Source of the DNA: Desulfocapsa sulfexigens DSM 10523
Lineage (GTDB): Bacteria > Desulfobacterota > Desulfobulbia > Desulfobulbales > Desulfocapsaceae
Direction of reading: 5' to 3'
Length of the DNA: 32,000 nucleotides
NCBI RefSeq assembly: GCF_000341395.1
Contig: NC_020304.1
Location: forward strand, 2,430,001-2,462,000
Numbering within the stretch: position 1 is the first letter of the stretch; every line of letters begins with the position of its first letter. This document shows, piece after piece, positions 16,966-25,712 of this stretch. Position numbers and translations under genes: made by a program. The notes under the pieces are model-generated. The model was not told the DNA's origin, searched no databases, and saw only the letters and a program-made list of their open reading frames with translations.

Positions 16966-18315
16966 ATGCCTATTCAAACACATTCAATTGTTGCCCTCGT
17001 TGGTCGCCCCAATGTTGGAAAATCGACCCTGTTTAACCGTATAACACGCTCAAGAAAGGCGCTTGTTGACCCTACTCCCGGTGTTACACGTGACCGCCAT
17101 TACGAAAAGGTCGTATGGAACGACAAGCTTTTCATGCTCGTTGATACAGGCGGTATAGAGGATGCAAGCGGTGATACCATGGGCGGACATATCCGAAACC
17201 AGGCTCTTGCTGCCATTGAGGAAGCGGATATCATACTCTTTGTGCTTGATGGTCGTGAAGGCGTAACACCTGCTGACAAGGAAGTGGCAAACCTTTTACG
17301 GCGAACAGATAAAACCATTTTCTACGTGATCAATAAAATTGACGGTCCTGAGCAGGAAACCGAGCAGATGGCTCAGTTTTATGAGTTGGGAGTAAATGAA
17401 TTATGGGCGGTGTCTGCCGAGCATAAATATGGTTTCCATACCTTAATGGATGCACTCGATGAGAGCCTTCTTGAAAGTGATGATGAGATTGATCTTCCCG
17501 ATGGGACGGTAAAAGTTGCATTTTTTGGACGACCCAACGTTGGAAAATCTTCCATGATAAACCGGATTCTGGGACACGACCGAATGGTGGTCTCCGAAGT
17601 TTCCGGTACGACACGGGATTCCGTGGATACTCTGCTGACACATGGGAAATATAACTATCTCCTGATCGATACTGCTGGTATCAGAAGGAAGGGTAAGACT
17701 AAAGAAAAACTGGAAAAATTTTCCATCCTCAAGGCTCTGGCAGCCCTTGAGAAATGCGATATTGCTGTTGTTCTCATTGATGCCGAGGAAGGAATCACCG
17801 AGCAGGATACCAAGGTGATTGGTTATACTCAGGAGCAGGGCAGGGGACTAATTCTGCTTGTGAATAAGTGGGATCTGGTGAAGGATGACAAAGAGCGTCA
17901 GAAACAGATTATGGGAGAAATTGCTCTCGCTGTCCCCTTTGTCGGATTTGCACCTCTCCTCACAGCTTCAGCCCTTACAGGCTATGGAATTAAACGACTT
18001 TTTCCCACAATAGGTTCCGTGTATCGGCAATTTACCTCTGTATTTCCGACATCTGCTCTCAACCGACTGTTACAGGATGCAGTTGAGGATCATTCGCCAC
18101 CAATTTATAAGAATAAACGCCTGAAGTTTTATTATACCTCCCAGGTTGGAAGCAGGCCTCCAAAGTTTGTCATCATGAGTAACAGTTCCAAAGGGGTTCA
18201 TTTTTCTTATGAACGATATCTGACAAACAGATTTCGCGATGGACTTGGCTTGGATAAGGTTCCTATTCAACTGTATATCCGCGACAAAAACAGAGATAAA
18301 AAAGGAAAAAAATAG
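16966..18315 (+). CDS. der: Ribosome-biogenesis GTPase Der (EngA), with two tandem GTPase domains and a KH-like domain
   Basis: There are two P-loops (GRPNVGKST and GRPNVGKSS). There are two DTGG/DTAG motifs and two NKxD motifs (NKID and NKWD). The C-terminus is basic. Confidence 0.95.
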   Translation: MPIQTHSIVALVGRPNVGKSTLFNRITRSRKALVDPTPGVTRDRHYEKVVWNDKLFMLVDTGGIEDASGDTMGGHIRNQALAAIEEADIILFVLDGREGVTPADKEVANLLRRTDKTIFYVINKIDGPEQETEQMAQFYELGVNELWAVSAEHKYGFHTLMDALDESLLESDDEIDLPDGTVKVAFFGRPNVGKSSMINRILGHDRMVVSEVSGTTRDSVDTLLTHGKYNYLLIDTAGIRRKGKTKEKLEKFSILKALAALEKCDIAVVLIDAEEGITEQDTKVIGYTQEQGRGLILLVNKWDLVKDDKERQKQIMGEIALAVPFVGFAPLLTASALTGYGIKRLFPTIGSVYRQFTSVFPTSALNRLLQDAVEDHSPPIYKNKRLKFYYTSQVGSRPPKFVIMSNSSKGVHFSYERYLTNRFRDGLGLDKVPIQLYIRDKNRDKKGKK

Positions 18316-18322
18316 TTTACTT

Positions 18323-20122
18323 ATGTCTCCTCTAGTTATCGTTGTCTGTATTCTGCTAGTAACATTTGGTCTTCTTATTTTCAGTAAACTTCCCCCGGCA
18401 GCCGTATTTATCGGAGCCCTGACCCTGACCATCACCTTTAAACTTGCCCCCTTGGATGATTCTCTGAAGGGCTTTAGTAATCCAGGAGTCCTGACCATTG
18501 GAGCTCTGTTTATGATTGCCGCCGGAATGTATTCAACCGGTGCTGTCTCAATCCTCAGTGAAAAACTTATCGGGCGTCCACGGTCCATTTTAAAGGCCCA
18601 GCTCAAAATATTGCCAAATATTGCCTTTGGTTCGGCATTCTTGAACAACACTCCACTAGTTGCCATGATGATCCCTGTTATCAGGGATCTTTCCAGGAGC
18701 TGCGGGTTGGATGCGAAGAAACTGCTTATTCCGGTAAGCTATGCCTCCATTCTGGGCGGAACCTGTACCCTGATTGGAACCGCTACAAATCTTGTGATTG
18801 CAGGTCTTGTCAATGAGACCCTTAAGCGTGGGGGTGCTGATCTGCCGCATATGGTTCCCGTTGGAATGTTTGATCTCTCCTTGATTGGGGTACCTGTTAC
18901 GATTGTAGGGCTTGTCTTCCTTATGACGGTTGGGACATCTCTTCTTCCTGCAACTGCTGAAGGGCTTGACGTGAAGGGGGAAGTGCGACGCAGATGGTTC
19001 CGGGTGGAACTTGCCATTGAAGACAAGAGTCCGCTCATTGGAAAAACCCTTGATGATGCGGGACTTATGGCCAGTGACGGCTTTTATATCATGTCTATTT
19101 CGCGAAACAGAAACAAACTGGAGTTGAATCCTGATATTACTTTAGTCGCAGGAGATATGCTGAGCTTTTCTGCCGATGTCAGTGGCGCAAAAGGTTTGTG
19201 GGCGACGATTGGGCTTAAACCGCTCTATTCGACCAAAGAACAGAAGGCTGATCGTCATCGGCATCATCTGGTGGAAGTGGTTGTGTCCCGACGGAATCCC
19301 ATGATAGGGCATCAGATCGGAGAGGTGGAAGCTGCAGACAGAAATTTTGAAGTATGGCTGGTGGCCTTTGCCCGTGGTGAGGCAGCCATGCATTATCCAC
19401 TGGAAGAAACGGTCATTCAGGCAGGTGATGTTGCCCTGCTCGAAGTGAAAGACAGGTTTTTCTATCGTAACCGCAACGAAACCGATTTTGCGATGACTAA
19501 AAAACTTCGTGGCGCCCGTATTCAGCGAACGGATAAGGCCCTGCTGGCATCTGTGATAACGGGAACCATGGTGTTTTCCGTTGCCTTTGGCCTTATGAGT
19601 ATGTTGAATGCTGCACTGCTTGCAGCAGGAGGGATGCTGCTTAGCGGGTGCATGAATCTGGAAGACGCCGGACGTTCCGTTGATTTCTCAACTCTTATGG
19701 TGATTGCTTCGGCCATGGGACTCGAGTCTGCAGTAACTGCATCGGGATTATCTTCAGTAATAGGTGATTTCCTGGGACTGCTTGGCGGCGACAATGCCTA
19801 TATGGCACTTGCCGTGGTCTTTCTCGGCTGTGTACTTATGGATGCCATGGTCACTAATGTGGCGTCGGCGGTGTTCATGTTCCCCATTTCCATGTCCATT
19901 GCCTCGGCCCTGGATGTGAGTTTTATGCCATTTGTGATAGTGGTTATGGTGGGAGCATCCTGCAGCTTTATCTCTCCTGTGAGTTACCAGACAAATCTTA
20001 TGGTGTATGGGCCTGGAAAATACAGTTTTGGTGACTTTGTAAAAATCGGTATTCCACTTACTATGCTTGTTGGTGTGATTACGGTTTTTCTTACGCCTCT
20101 GTTCTTCCCATTTCATGTCTGA
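18323..20122 (+). CDS. SLC13/DASS-type anion permease with two central TrkA-C (RCK-C) domains
   Basis: The ATG at 18323 lies 7 nt after the der stop. The ORF-track start at 18239 would overlap der. The N- and C-terminal halves are hydrophobic and flank a soluble region of about 200 aa with two repeats (LIGKTLDDAGL...GDMLSF and MIGHQIGEVEA...GDVALLE), which is typical of TrkA-C. Confidence 0.85.
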   Translation: MSPLVIVVCILLVTFGLLIFSKLPPAAVFIGALTLTITFKLAPLDDSLKGFSNPGVLTIGALFMIAAGMYSTGAVSILSEKLIGRPRSILKAQLKILPNIAFGSAFLNNTPLVAMMIPVIRDLSRSCGLDAKKLLIPVSYASILGGTCTLIGTATNLVIAGLVNETLKRGGADLPHMVPVGMFDLSLIGVPVTIVGLVFLMTVGTSLLPATAEGLDVKGEVRRRWFRVELAIEDKSPLIGKTLDDAGLMASDGFYIMSISRNRNKLELNPDITLVAGDMLSFSADVSGAKGLWATIGLKPLYSTKEQKADRHRHHLVEVVVSRRNPMIGHQIGEVEAADRNFEVWLVAFARGEAAMHYPLEETVIQAGDVALLEVKDRFFYRNRNETDFAMTKKLRGARIQRTDKALLASVITGTMVFSVAFGLMSMLNAALLAAGGMLLSGCMNLEDAGRSVDFSTLMVIASAMGLESAVTASGLSSVIGDFLGLLGGDNAYMALAVVFLGCVLMDAMVTNVASAVFMFPISMSIASALDVSFMPFVIVVMVGASCSFISPVSYQTNLMVYGPGKYSFGDFVKIGIPLTMLVGVITVFLTPLFFPFHV

Positions 20123-20137
20123 GGCGACTGCTCAGAC
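20117..20137. terminator. Hairpin between the convergent SLC13 and SPFH genes (possible terminator)
   Basis: GTCTGAG (20117-20123) pairs with CTCAGAC (20131-20137) around a 7-nt loop. It overlaps the SLC13 stop codon and has no U-tract. Confidence 0.25.
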
Positions 20138-20159
20138 ATGCAATGGACGGAGAGAGTGT

Positions 20160-21143
20160 TTATGGTTGCAGTGTTTCCCGAGGCCGGACAGGTCTTTTGA
20201 CGGGCGGTTGTGGTTTTGGTTGAAGAGGTTTGTTGGCCTGCTTGATGGTGGACATGGCAGCAGTTACCATGGAAGCCACGTCTGTAAGATTGGCGGGAAG
20301 AATCATGGTGTTGTTTTCTTTGGCTAGTTTTCCGAACTCGTTAATGTAGCTTTTTGCAACTTCCAGATTTGCCGCTTCGCTTCCACCCGGCATGCTTAGT
20401 GCTTCGGCTACTCTTCGGATTCCTTCGGCAGTGGCCTCTGCAACCATGGTGATTTCCCTGGCCCTTCCCTCTGCTTCATTAATCCGTTTCAGTTTCTCGC
20501 CTTCTGACCTGGCAATGGCTTCTGCTTTATCACCTTCGGCCCGGTTGATGGTAGACTGTTTATCACCTTCAGACCGTGCGATATCAGCCCGCTTTTCCCG
20601 TTCCGCCTTCATCTGCTTTTCCATGGCCTCCAGGACTGTACGTGGCGGCTGGATATCTTTGATTTCATAACGAAGGACTTTAACACCCCAGTTTTCTGCT
20701 GCTTCGTCGAGTGCCAAAACAACCTGGCCATTCAGGGTTTCTCGTGCTTCAAAGGTTTTATCAAGATCAATTTTACCTATGGCCGAGCGAAGGCTGGTCT
20801 GGGCAAGCTGGGCAGCGGCAAAATGGAAATTATCAATTCCATAGGCTGATTTTTTGGAGTCAATAACCTGGATATACAAAATACCGTCCACCTCCAATGT
20901 GACATTGTCGGCAGTGATACAGGTTTGTGCCTCAATATCGATCGGTTCTTCCTTGAGACTTCGTTTATAGGCCACCCGGTCAAAGAAGGGGATCAGAATG
21001 TGAAATCCTGCCTGTAAGGTTCCTCTGTATTTTCCAAGCCGCTCCACAACAAATTCCATACGCTGTGGAACAATTACCGCAGTTTTAATGAGAATGATGA
21101 GTAAAAAGGCAATGAGGATGCCAAGGGCTATAAAAGTTTCCAT
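20160..21143 (-). CDS. SPFH/Band 7 (stomatin/paraslipin-like) membrane protein
   Basis: There is an N-terminal TM helix followed by an SPFH core (VPQRMEFVVERLGKYRGTLQAGFHILIPFFDRV...ITADNVTLEVDGILYIQV...LRSAIGKIDLDKTFE). An E/A/K-rich coiled coil follows. The tail is Pro/Lys-rich. Confidence 0.92.
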   Translation of the reverse strand: METFIALGILIAFLLIILIKTAVIVPQRMEFVVERLGKYRGTLQAGFHILIPFFDRVAYKRSLKEEPIDIEAQTCITADNVTLEVDGILYIQVIDSKKSAYGIDNFHFAAAQLAQTSLRSAIGKIDLDKTFEARETLNGQVVLALDEAAENWGVKVLRYEIKDIQPPRTVLEAMEKQMKAEREKRADIARSEGDKQSTINRAEGDKAEAIARSEGEKLKRINEAEGRAREITMVAEATAEGIRRVAEALSMPGGSEAANLEVAKSYINEFGKLAKENNTMILPANLTDVASMVTAAMSTIKQANKPLQPKPQPPVKRPVRPRETLQP

Positions 21144-21167
21144 TCTATTCTCCTTGATTGAAGGGAT

Positions 21168-21614
21168 TTAAGAAAGTTTTTTTACTGTAATAAGCAGTTC
21201 TTTCTGTTCGACTATTTCAACGACCTCACCTGACTCTATTGCTTCATCTGATACGGCACGCCAGAATGTGCCGGCAAATTTGACCTGTCCTTCTGCGGGT
21301 GGTTTGATCGTGGCGGTAACCACGCATTTTTCGCCACCGCTTGCCAGGATAGAATCTGCTTCTTCGTTCTTTTTATCTCCAATGAAGACCTTTTTAACTA
21401 TTCCCCGAAGGCCGAAAAGACAGACCAGTGAGAGCACCAGGAATACTCCAAGCTGAGTGTTGACGCTCCATGGGAAGATGTAGCAGCCAAGGGCCGTGAG
21501 CCATGCGGCAAGCCCAAAAAAGAAGAGAACAAAGCCTGGAACGGCCATTTCCAATACAAAAAATGTCACACCGATACTGAGCCACATCAGTCCGGGATAG
21601 GTGATTTCCATCAT
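21168..21614 (-). CDS. NfeD-family membrane protein (partner of the SPFH protein)
   Basis: The 148-aa product has three or four TM helices and then a soluble OB-like C-terminus (GEKCVVTATIKPPAEGQVKFAGTFWRAVS...). It lies 24 nt upstream of the SPFH gene on the same strand, which is the classical nfeD-SPFH operon. Confidence 0.88.
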   Translation of the reverse strand: MMEITYPGLMWLSIGVTFFVLEMAVPGFVLFFFGLAAWLTALGCYIFPWSVNTQLGVFLVLSLVCLFGLRGIVKKVFIGDKKNEEADSILASGGEKCVVTATIKPPAEGQVKFAGTFWRAVSDEAIESGEVVEIVEQKELLITVKKLS

Positions 21615-21839
21615 TTAAAGATCCTCTTAGGTGGAAGTTGATTTTCAGGTATTGTACGGGAACAGGATGAAACAGTCAAATTGAAGATGGTTGTTTGTGT
21701 TGGGAATTACCTGCCATTGGAAAAAAGTGTTGTTATCACCTGTATTTTCTGGAATGATACGCGACAGTTCATGATGAATTCTTAAATTTTATCACGGGAT
21801 ATTAATCCTTAATTCTGAAGAGGCATAATTGAGGTTACC

Positions 21840-22214
21840 ATGAAAGCACCTTCAAAAGAACCTGCTATCCGTCTCGTCATGTTACCTAAATATACGAATC
21901 CCGATGGTGATATCTTTGGTGGGGTGATTCTTTCCATGATTGATGAGGCTGCGGCCGTTGAGGCACAGCGGCAGGCTCACCATCGCTATGTTACCGTGTG
22001 CATGGATTCCATTCAGTTCCATCATCCTGTACAGGTAGGGGATGTAGTCAGTCTCTGGTGTGAGACTATAACAATTGGCAGGAGTTCCCTTAAAATTCAT
22101 ATTATTGTCTTTGCCCGTCCAAGATGGTCCGATGAGGAGATTAAAGTGACGGAGGCCACGGTGACCATGGTGGCTATAAACGAACAGAGAAAAGCGGTTC
22201 CAGTCTTTGAGTAA
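21840..22214 (+). CDS. Acyl-CoA thioesterase, hotdog fold (YciA-like)
   Basis: The 124-aa product has MLPKYTNPDGDIFGGVILSMIDEAAAVEA...VTVCMDSIQFHHPVQVGDVV...VFAR, which matches the YciA/4HBT pattern. A GAGGT SD lies 4 nt before the ATG. Confidence 0.85.
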   Translation: MKAPSKEPAIRLVMLPKYTNPDGDIFGGVILSMIDEAAAVEAQRQAHHRYVTVCMDSIQFHHPVQVGDVVSLWCETITIGRSSLKIHIIVFARPRWSDEEIKVTEATVTMVAINEQRKAVPVFE

Positions 22215-22968
22215 GTTTATTAGATATCTGATAACGTGGATTGATATATTTTTCTTTCGCTCCATTATCATTCTGGTCGTCCTGGGAGTCTTTTCTCCAT
22301 TGAGTTACGCACAGGATATTCACGTTGCCACGGATATCTGGGAAGGATATTCCAATAGGGATGGTACTGGCTATTATTTTGATATACTGAGAGAAATCTA
22401 TCCATCTCCAGAATATAGCCTTAAAATAAGTTATGTTCCTTTCAGACGTGGACTCCGTATGGTTGAAACCTCCCGGGCCGATCTTACCCTGGGGGTGAAC
22501 AGGGGGGATATGGATGATGGTTTTATTGCAAAAGCTGTCGTCGAGAATGATACCGTAGACCTCCTTATGAGTAGAGACTTGGCCCAGAAATGGCAGGGGC
22601 TCAATTCCCTAAAAAATAAAAGGATTGCAGCCAGAAGTGGTTATAATTTTGATATTCATTTTGATTTCCCCATCGAATACAGTGAAAATAACAGCCTGCT
22701 GGGAATGATGCGGATGCTCAAAATCGGGCGGATAGATGCTGTACTTGATTATCTTGCTGATATGAAGAACCTGTGGGAGCAGGCCTGCCTTGATGATAAT
22801 TATATCATTATGGAGGCAGTGCTTGCCAGTCCCGCCTTCTTTGCCTTTTCAAGAGAGCAACAAGATCTGAAAAAACATTTTGAAACAAAATTCCAGGAAT
22901 TACTTCAATCGGGAAGGATTTACGAATTAGGAAGGAAGTATGGCATTGAGGAAAGCCAACTCCCTTGA
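22207..22968 (+). CDS. Periplasmic solute-binding protein, family 3-like (orphan; no cognate permease or ATPase nearby)
   Basis: There is a signal/anchor sequence (IIILVVLGVFSPLSYAQD). An SBP_bac_3-like pattern follows (IHVATDIWEGYS...YVPFRRGLRMVETSRADLTLGVNR...IAARSGYNF...GRIDAVLDY). The only in-frame start is the TTG at 22207, which overlaps the thioesterase stop by 8 nt, so the start is uncertain. Confidence 0.7.
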   Translation: MSKFIRYLITWIDIFFFRSIIILVVLGVFSPLSYAQDIHVATDIWEGYSNRDGTGYYFDILREIYPSPEYSLKISYVPFRRGLRMVETSRADLTLGVNRGDMDDGFIAKAVVENDTVDLLMSRDLAQKWQGLNSLKNKRIAARSGYNFDIHFDFPIEYSENNSLLGMMRMLKIGRIDAVLDYLADMKNLWEQACLDDNYIIMEAVLASPAFFAFSREQQDLKKHFETKFQELLQSGRIYELGRKYGIEESQLP

Positions 22969-23160
22969 ATTAAGAGTTGTCCTTGCTGTACCAACCAGCC
23001 TTTGTCTCCAGGATTCCTGATCCACAGAATTTACTGTACTCTCCTACCATTTTGCTATCCTTTCTGGTCACCTTAGTCAAAAAAAGCCTCCATCTTTACG
23101 TTAAGTAATCGCTGGTGTCTTAGTGGTAAATATTATTTTATGAGAACGTTTCTTCTTTTA

Positions 23161-23188
23161 TTGACTTTTCTGTTAGGGCTTTTATTAT
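23161..23188 (+). promoter_or_regulatory. Candidate sigma70-type promoter for the multihaem cytochrome gene
   Basis: TTGACT (23161-23166), a 16-nt spacer, then TATTAT (23183-23188), about 140 nt upstream of the ATG at 23328. This is a pattern match only. Confidence 0.35.
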
Positions 23189-23327
23189 GTGTAAATGTCT
23201 TTTTCGTTTGGGTTTAACAGCGCATTTCCAAATAGAGAAATCGAATCAAAATGATACACTGTAATGTACTGTCGGTAATCACCACGCTGGCAAACTAAAA
23301 AAAATCTACCCATGAAGGAGAGAATGA

Positions 23328-24785
23328 ATGAAAGGAAAGTATTCGGGAATAACTATTGGAATGAGTGCAGGCCTTATCGCTGTTGCATCATTGGCAATGG
23401 CAACAGGAAATGGTGTGGACATGGAGCAGTATCCCTATGCACCATCACTGATCCAATGGGAGAAGTCAGCGGCGGAATTTACTGAACCCGAAACCTGCGC
23501 CGAGTGTCATCCTCAGCAATACGAGGAATGGCGTGGCTCCATGCACTCCATTGCTTTTCAGGATCCTATTTATCAGGGAGAGTTGAAACTTGCTATTGAA
23601 GCAGTGGGTCATGATGTTGCAAAACAGTGTGAAGGCTGCCATACCGCAGCAGCTGTAGTTAATGGAGAAGTAAAAGGGGCGGGTTTGAAAGATCTGAGTC
23701 CTCTTGCCATGGCTGGGGTTTCCTGTGATGTCTGCCATTCCATAAAGGGACATACCCACTGGCAGACTCCGACCCATCAACCGGAAAACGGGTCGATGAT
23801 CCTGTCTCCCGGAAAAGAAGTGGATGGCGAAGTCATTCTTACGAAATTCGGTCCCTTTCCTGCCAGTGAAGATTGTGGCGAAGGGTTTCATGAGTGCGTT
23901 GAGTCCCCCCTCCATCTGAAGACGGAGCTCTGTGCCTCCTGCCATCAGGTCACCCATTACGAAAAACATACCCCTCTGGAAATGACGTATACGGAGTGGA
24001 AAAACAGTACCTACGCAGCAAAAGATATTAATTGTCAGGACTGCCATATGGTTGATCTGGAAACGTTCAAACGTTCTGCAGACACCTTCCAGAAACCTGT
24101 TCGAGGTGAATATCATCATTATTTTAACGGCGCTAATTTTCTGATGTATGCACTGACTGAAATGGCGGCAAAAAAGGCTGGAGATGAGGAGTTGGCTGTC
24201 AGCGCCCGCCAAAAATATGAGATGGCAGTAGGTCGGTTACAGGCTGCAGCTGAGTTGGATATCGATCCCATTTATCGGGACGGCAGGCTGGCTGAAGTGA
24301 AGATTCGAGTGAATAACAGACGTGCCGGGCATAACCTTCCAACCTCTCTGACAAATATTCGTCAGATGTGGCTTGAGGTGACAGCCACTGATGCCTCAGG
24401 AAAGGTCGTGATGAGCAGTGGGCATATTGATGAAAAAGGAAAACTTCCAGAAGGAACCAGACTGTTTAATTCAGACGGAATGGGGGAAAATATGCATTTT
24501 GCTCTTGATCCCTGGGAAATAGTCAGTTTTTCCAAGCACGATACAATACCCCCGAAGGGGTACCGCGAGGTGCATTATGGGCTGAGCAGTAACAGCAGTA
24601 CTCCGATCACCTTGAATGTAAAACTTCGTTTTCGTCAGGCAAACCAGAAAGTGGCTGAAAAACTTCTTAGTCATGTTCCCGATGATATGCACCTGGATGT
24701 CATTTACGGAATTAAGGAAGTGCCACCCGTACCCATTATAGATATGGTGGAGAAAACCTTGCAATTCGAGACCAGCGAGAAATAA
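23328..24785 (+). CDS. Periplasmic pentahaem c-type cytochrome with a haem-free C-terminal domain
   Basis: GAAGGAG lies 7 nt before the ATG. The signal peptide ends in SLAMA-TG. There are five CXXCH motifs (CAECH, CEGCH, CDVCH, CASCH, CQDCH), all within residues 57-240. Residues from about 241 to 485 contain no haem motif. Confidence 0.9.
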   Translation: MKGKYSGITIGMSAGLIAVASLAMATGNGVDMEQYPYAPSLIQWEKSAAEFTEPETCAECHPQQYEEWRGSMHSIAFQDPIYQGELKLAIEAVGHDVAKQCEGCHTAAAVVNGEVKGAGLKDLSPLAMAGVSCDVCHSIKGHTHWQTPTHQPENGSMILSPGKEVDGEVILTKFGPFPASEDCGEGFHECVESPLHLKTELCASCHQVTHYEKHTPLEMTYTEWKNSTYAAKDINCQDCHMVDLETFKRSADTFQKPVRGEYHHYFNGANFLMYALTEMAAKKAGDEELAVSARQKYEMAVGRLQAAAELDIDPIYRDGRLAEVKIRVNNRRAGHNLPTSLTNIRQMWLEVTATDASGKVVMSSGHIDEKGKLPEGTRLFNSDGMGENMHFALDPWEIVSFSKHDTIPPKGYREVHYGLSSNSSTPITLNVKLRFRQANQKVAEKLLSHVPDDMHLDVIYGIKEVPPVPIIDMVEKTLQFETSEK

Positions 24786-25039
24786 TTAGTTAATATTACA
24801 GTATCTTATTTGTTTCTAATCAAAAATGCTGGAAATTAATTACCATATACATATATACTACAAAGATATCAACAAGAGGTGGATGATTTCACCATCATCC
24901 AAACTGCCAACCCCAAAAGGAGCTAAACATGCCTGAAGAAGCAGCTGTGGGATGTGCCAGACCTACCGGAGGACCGGTTGGTGAAGAGCCGGACAGCAAA
25001 GTAACAGATGAAAAACAACCAGCAAAAAAGGAGATTTCC

Positions 25040-25648
25040 ATGATTAAAGTTGGTAAAAAAGCCCCGGACTTCACAGCTCCGGGATTCCATAAGGGAGAAT
25101 TTATTAACACCAAGCTTTCAGATTATCTGGGAAAATGGGTTTTACTCTGTTTTTATCCGGGTGATTTTACTTTTGTCTGAGCTACTGAAATTTCAGCGGT
25201 CGCTGAAAAATATCCTGAACTTCAGAAATTAGGTGTTGAAGTCCTCTCCATGTCTATTGACTCCATGTTCACCCACAAGATGTGGGATGAAGATGAGCTG
25301 AGTAAGATGGTGGACGGCGGAGTCCCCTTTCCAATGCTTTCAGATGCGGGCGGTAAAGTTGGGACCGTCTATGGTGTTTATGACGAGGATGCGGGAGTTG
25401 AGGCCCGTGGCCGTTTTATCATTGATCCCGATGGTGTGGTTCAGGGCTATGAGGTTCTCACTCCACCAGTTGGCCGAAATGTCAATGAGACCTTCCGTCA
25501 GGTACAGGCATTTCAACTGGTACGGGAAACCAAGGGCGGAGAAGCTACACCTTCTGGATGGCGACCAGGTAAGGCAACGCTCAAACCGGGAATTGATCTT
25601 GTTGGTAAGGTCTGGAAAGTGTGGAAGACAGAACAGGCCTTTGACTGA
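25040..25648 (+). CDS. prxU: Selenocysteine-containing peroxiredoxin (PrxU type); the TGA at 25178-25180 is read as Sec
   Basis: ORFs 24929-25180 and 25250-25648 are in the same frame and are separated only by a TGA. Read-through gives [45 protein letters not shown]. The stop therefore sits exactly where 2-Cys Prx/AhpC proteins have the peroxidatic Cys (FYPxDFTFVCPTE). Downstream Prx motifs are intact ([28 protein letters not shown]). AAGGAG lies 6 nt before the ATG at 25040, giving 202 aa. Confidence 0.85.
25191..25208 (+). promoter_or_regulatory. Bacterial SECIS-like hairpin directing Sec insertion at TGA 25178
   Basis: TTTCAGC (25191-25197) pairs with GCTGAAA (25202-25208). The 4-nt apical loop is GGTC (25198-25201). 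The stem starts 10-11 nt after the UGA. The E. coli fdhF SECIS also has a GGUC apical loop and an 11-nt spacing requirement (from memory). Confidence 0.6.
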
Positions 25649-25712
25649 TACTTTGTTTGCAGTAAAAAGCAGAATGGGATGAAAAAATTTATATTCTAAA
25701 AGAGGTGTTATT

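Noticed and set aside
18239-18322. Upstream extension of the SLC13 permease ORF
   Set aside because: It overlaps the der coding end in another frame. The ATG at 18323, just after the der stop, begins directly with the first TM helix.
23140-23217. 25-codon very hydrophobic ORF (MRTFLLLLTFLLGLLLCVNVFFVWV) in the spacer before the cytochrome gene
   Set aside because: It has no SD. It overlaps the best promoter-like element (TTGACT-N16-TATTAT) of the cytochrome gene. T-rich intergenic DNA readily yields Leu/Phe-rich pseudo-ORFs.
23466-24212. 248-aa minus-strand ORF antisense to the cytochrome gene. Similar antisense ORFs lie in ZIP (14388-14894), der/SLC13 (18070-18666), tex, and the REC-dikinase-like gene
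   Set aside because: In each case the opposite strand encodes a protein with unmistakable family motifs. The antisense products lack motifs and have an odd composition.
24831-24844. Imperfect 14-bp palindrome GGAAATTAATTACC upstream of prxU, a possible PerR/Fur-type operator
   Set aside because: It is AT-rich and lies in an AT-rich spacer, where such palindromes arise by chance. It does not match any operator consensus I can state with confidence. It would only be worth testing if it is conserved upstream of orthologous prxU genes.
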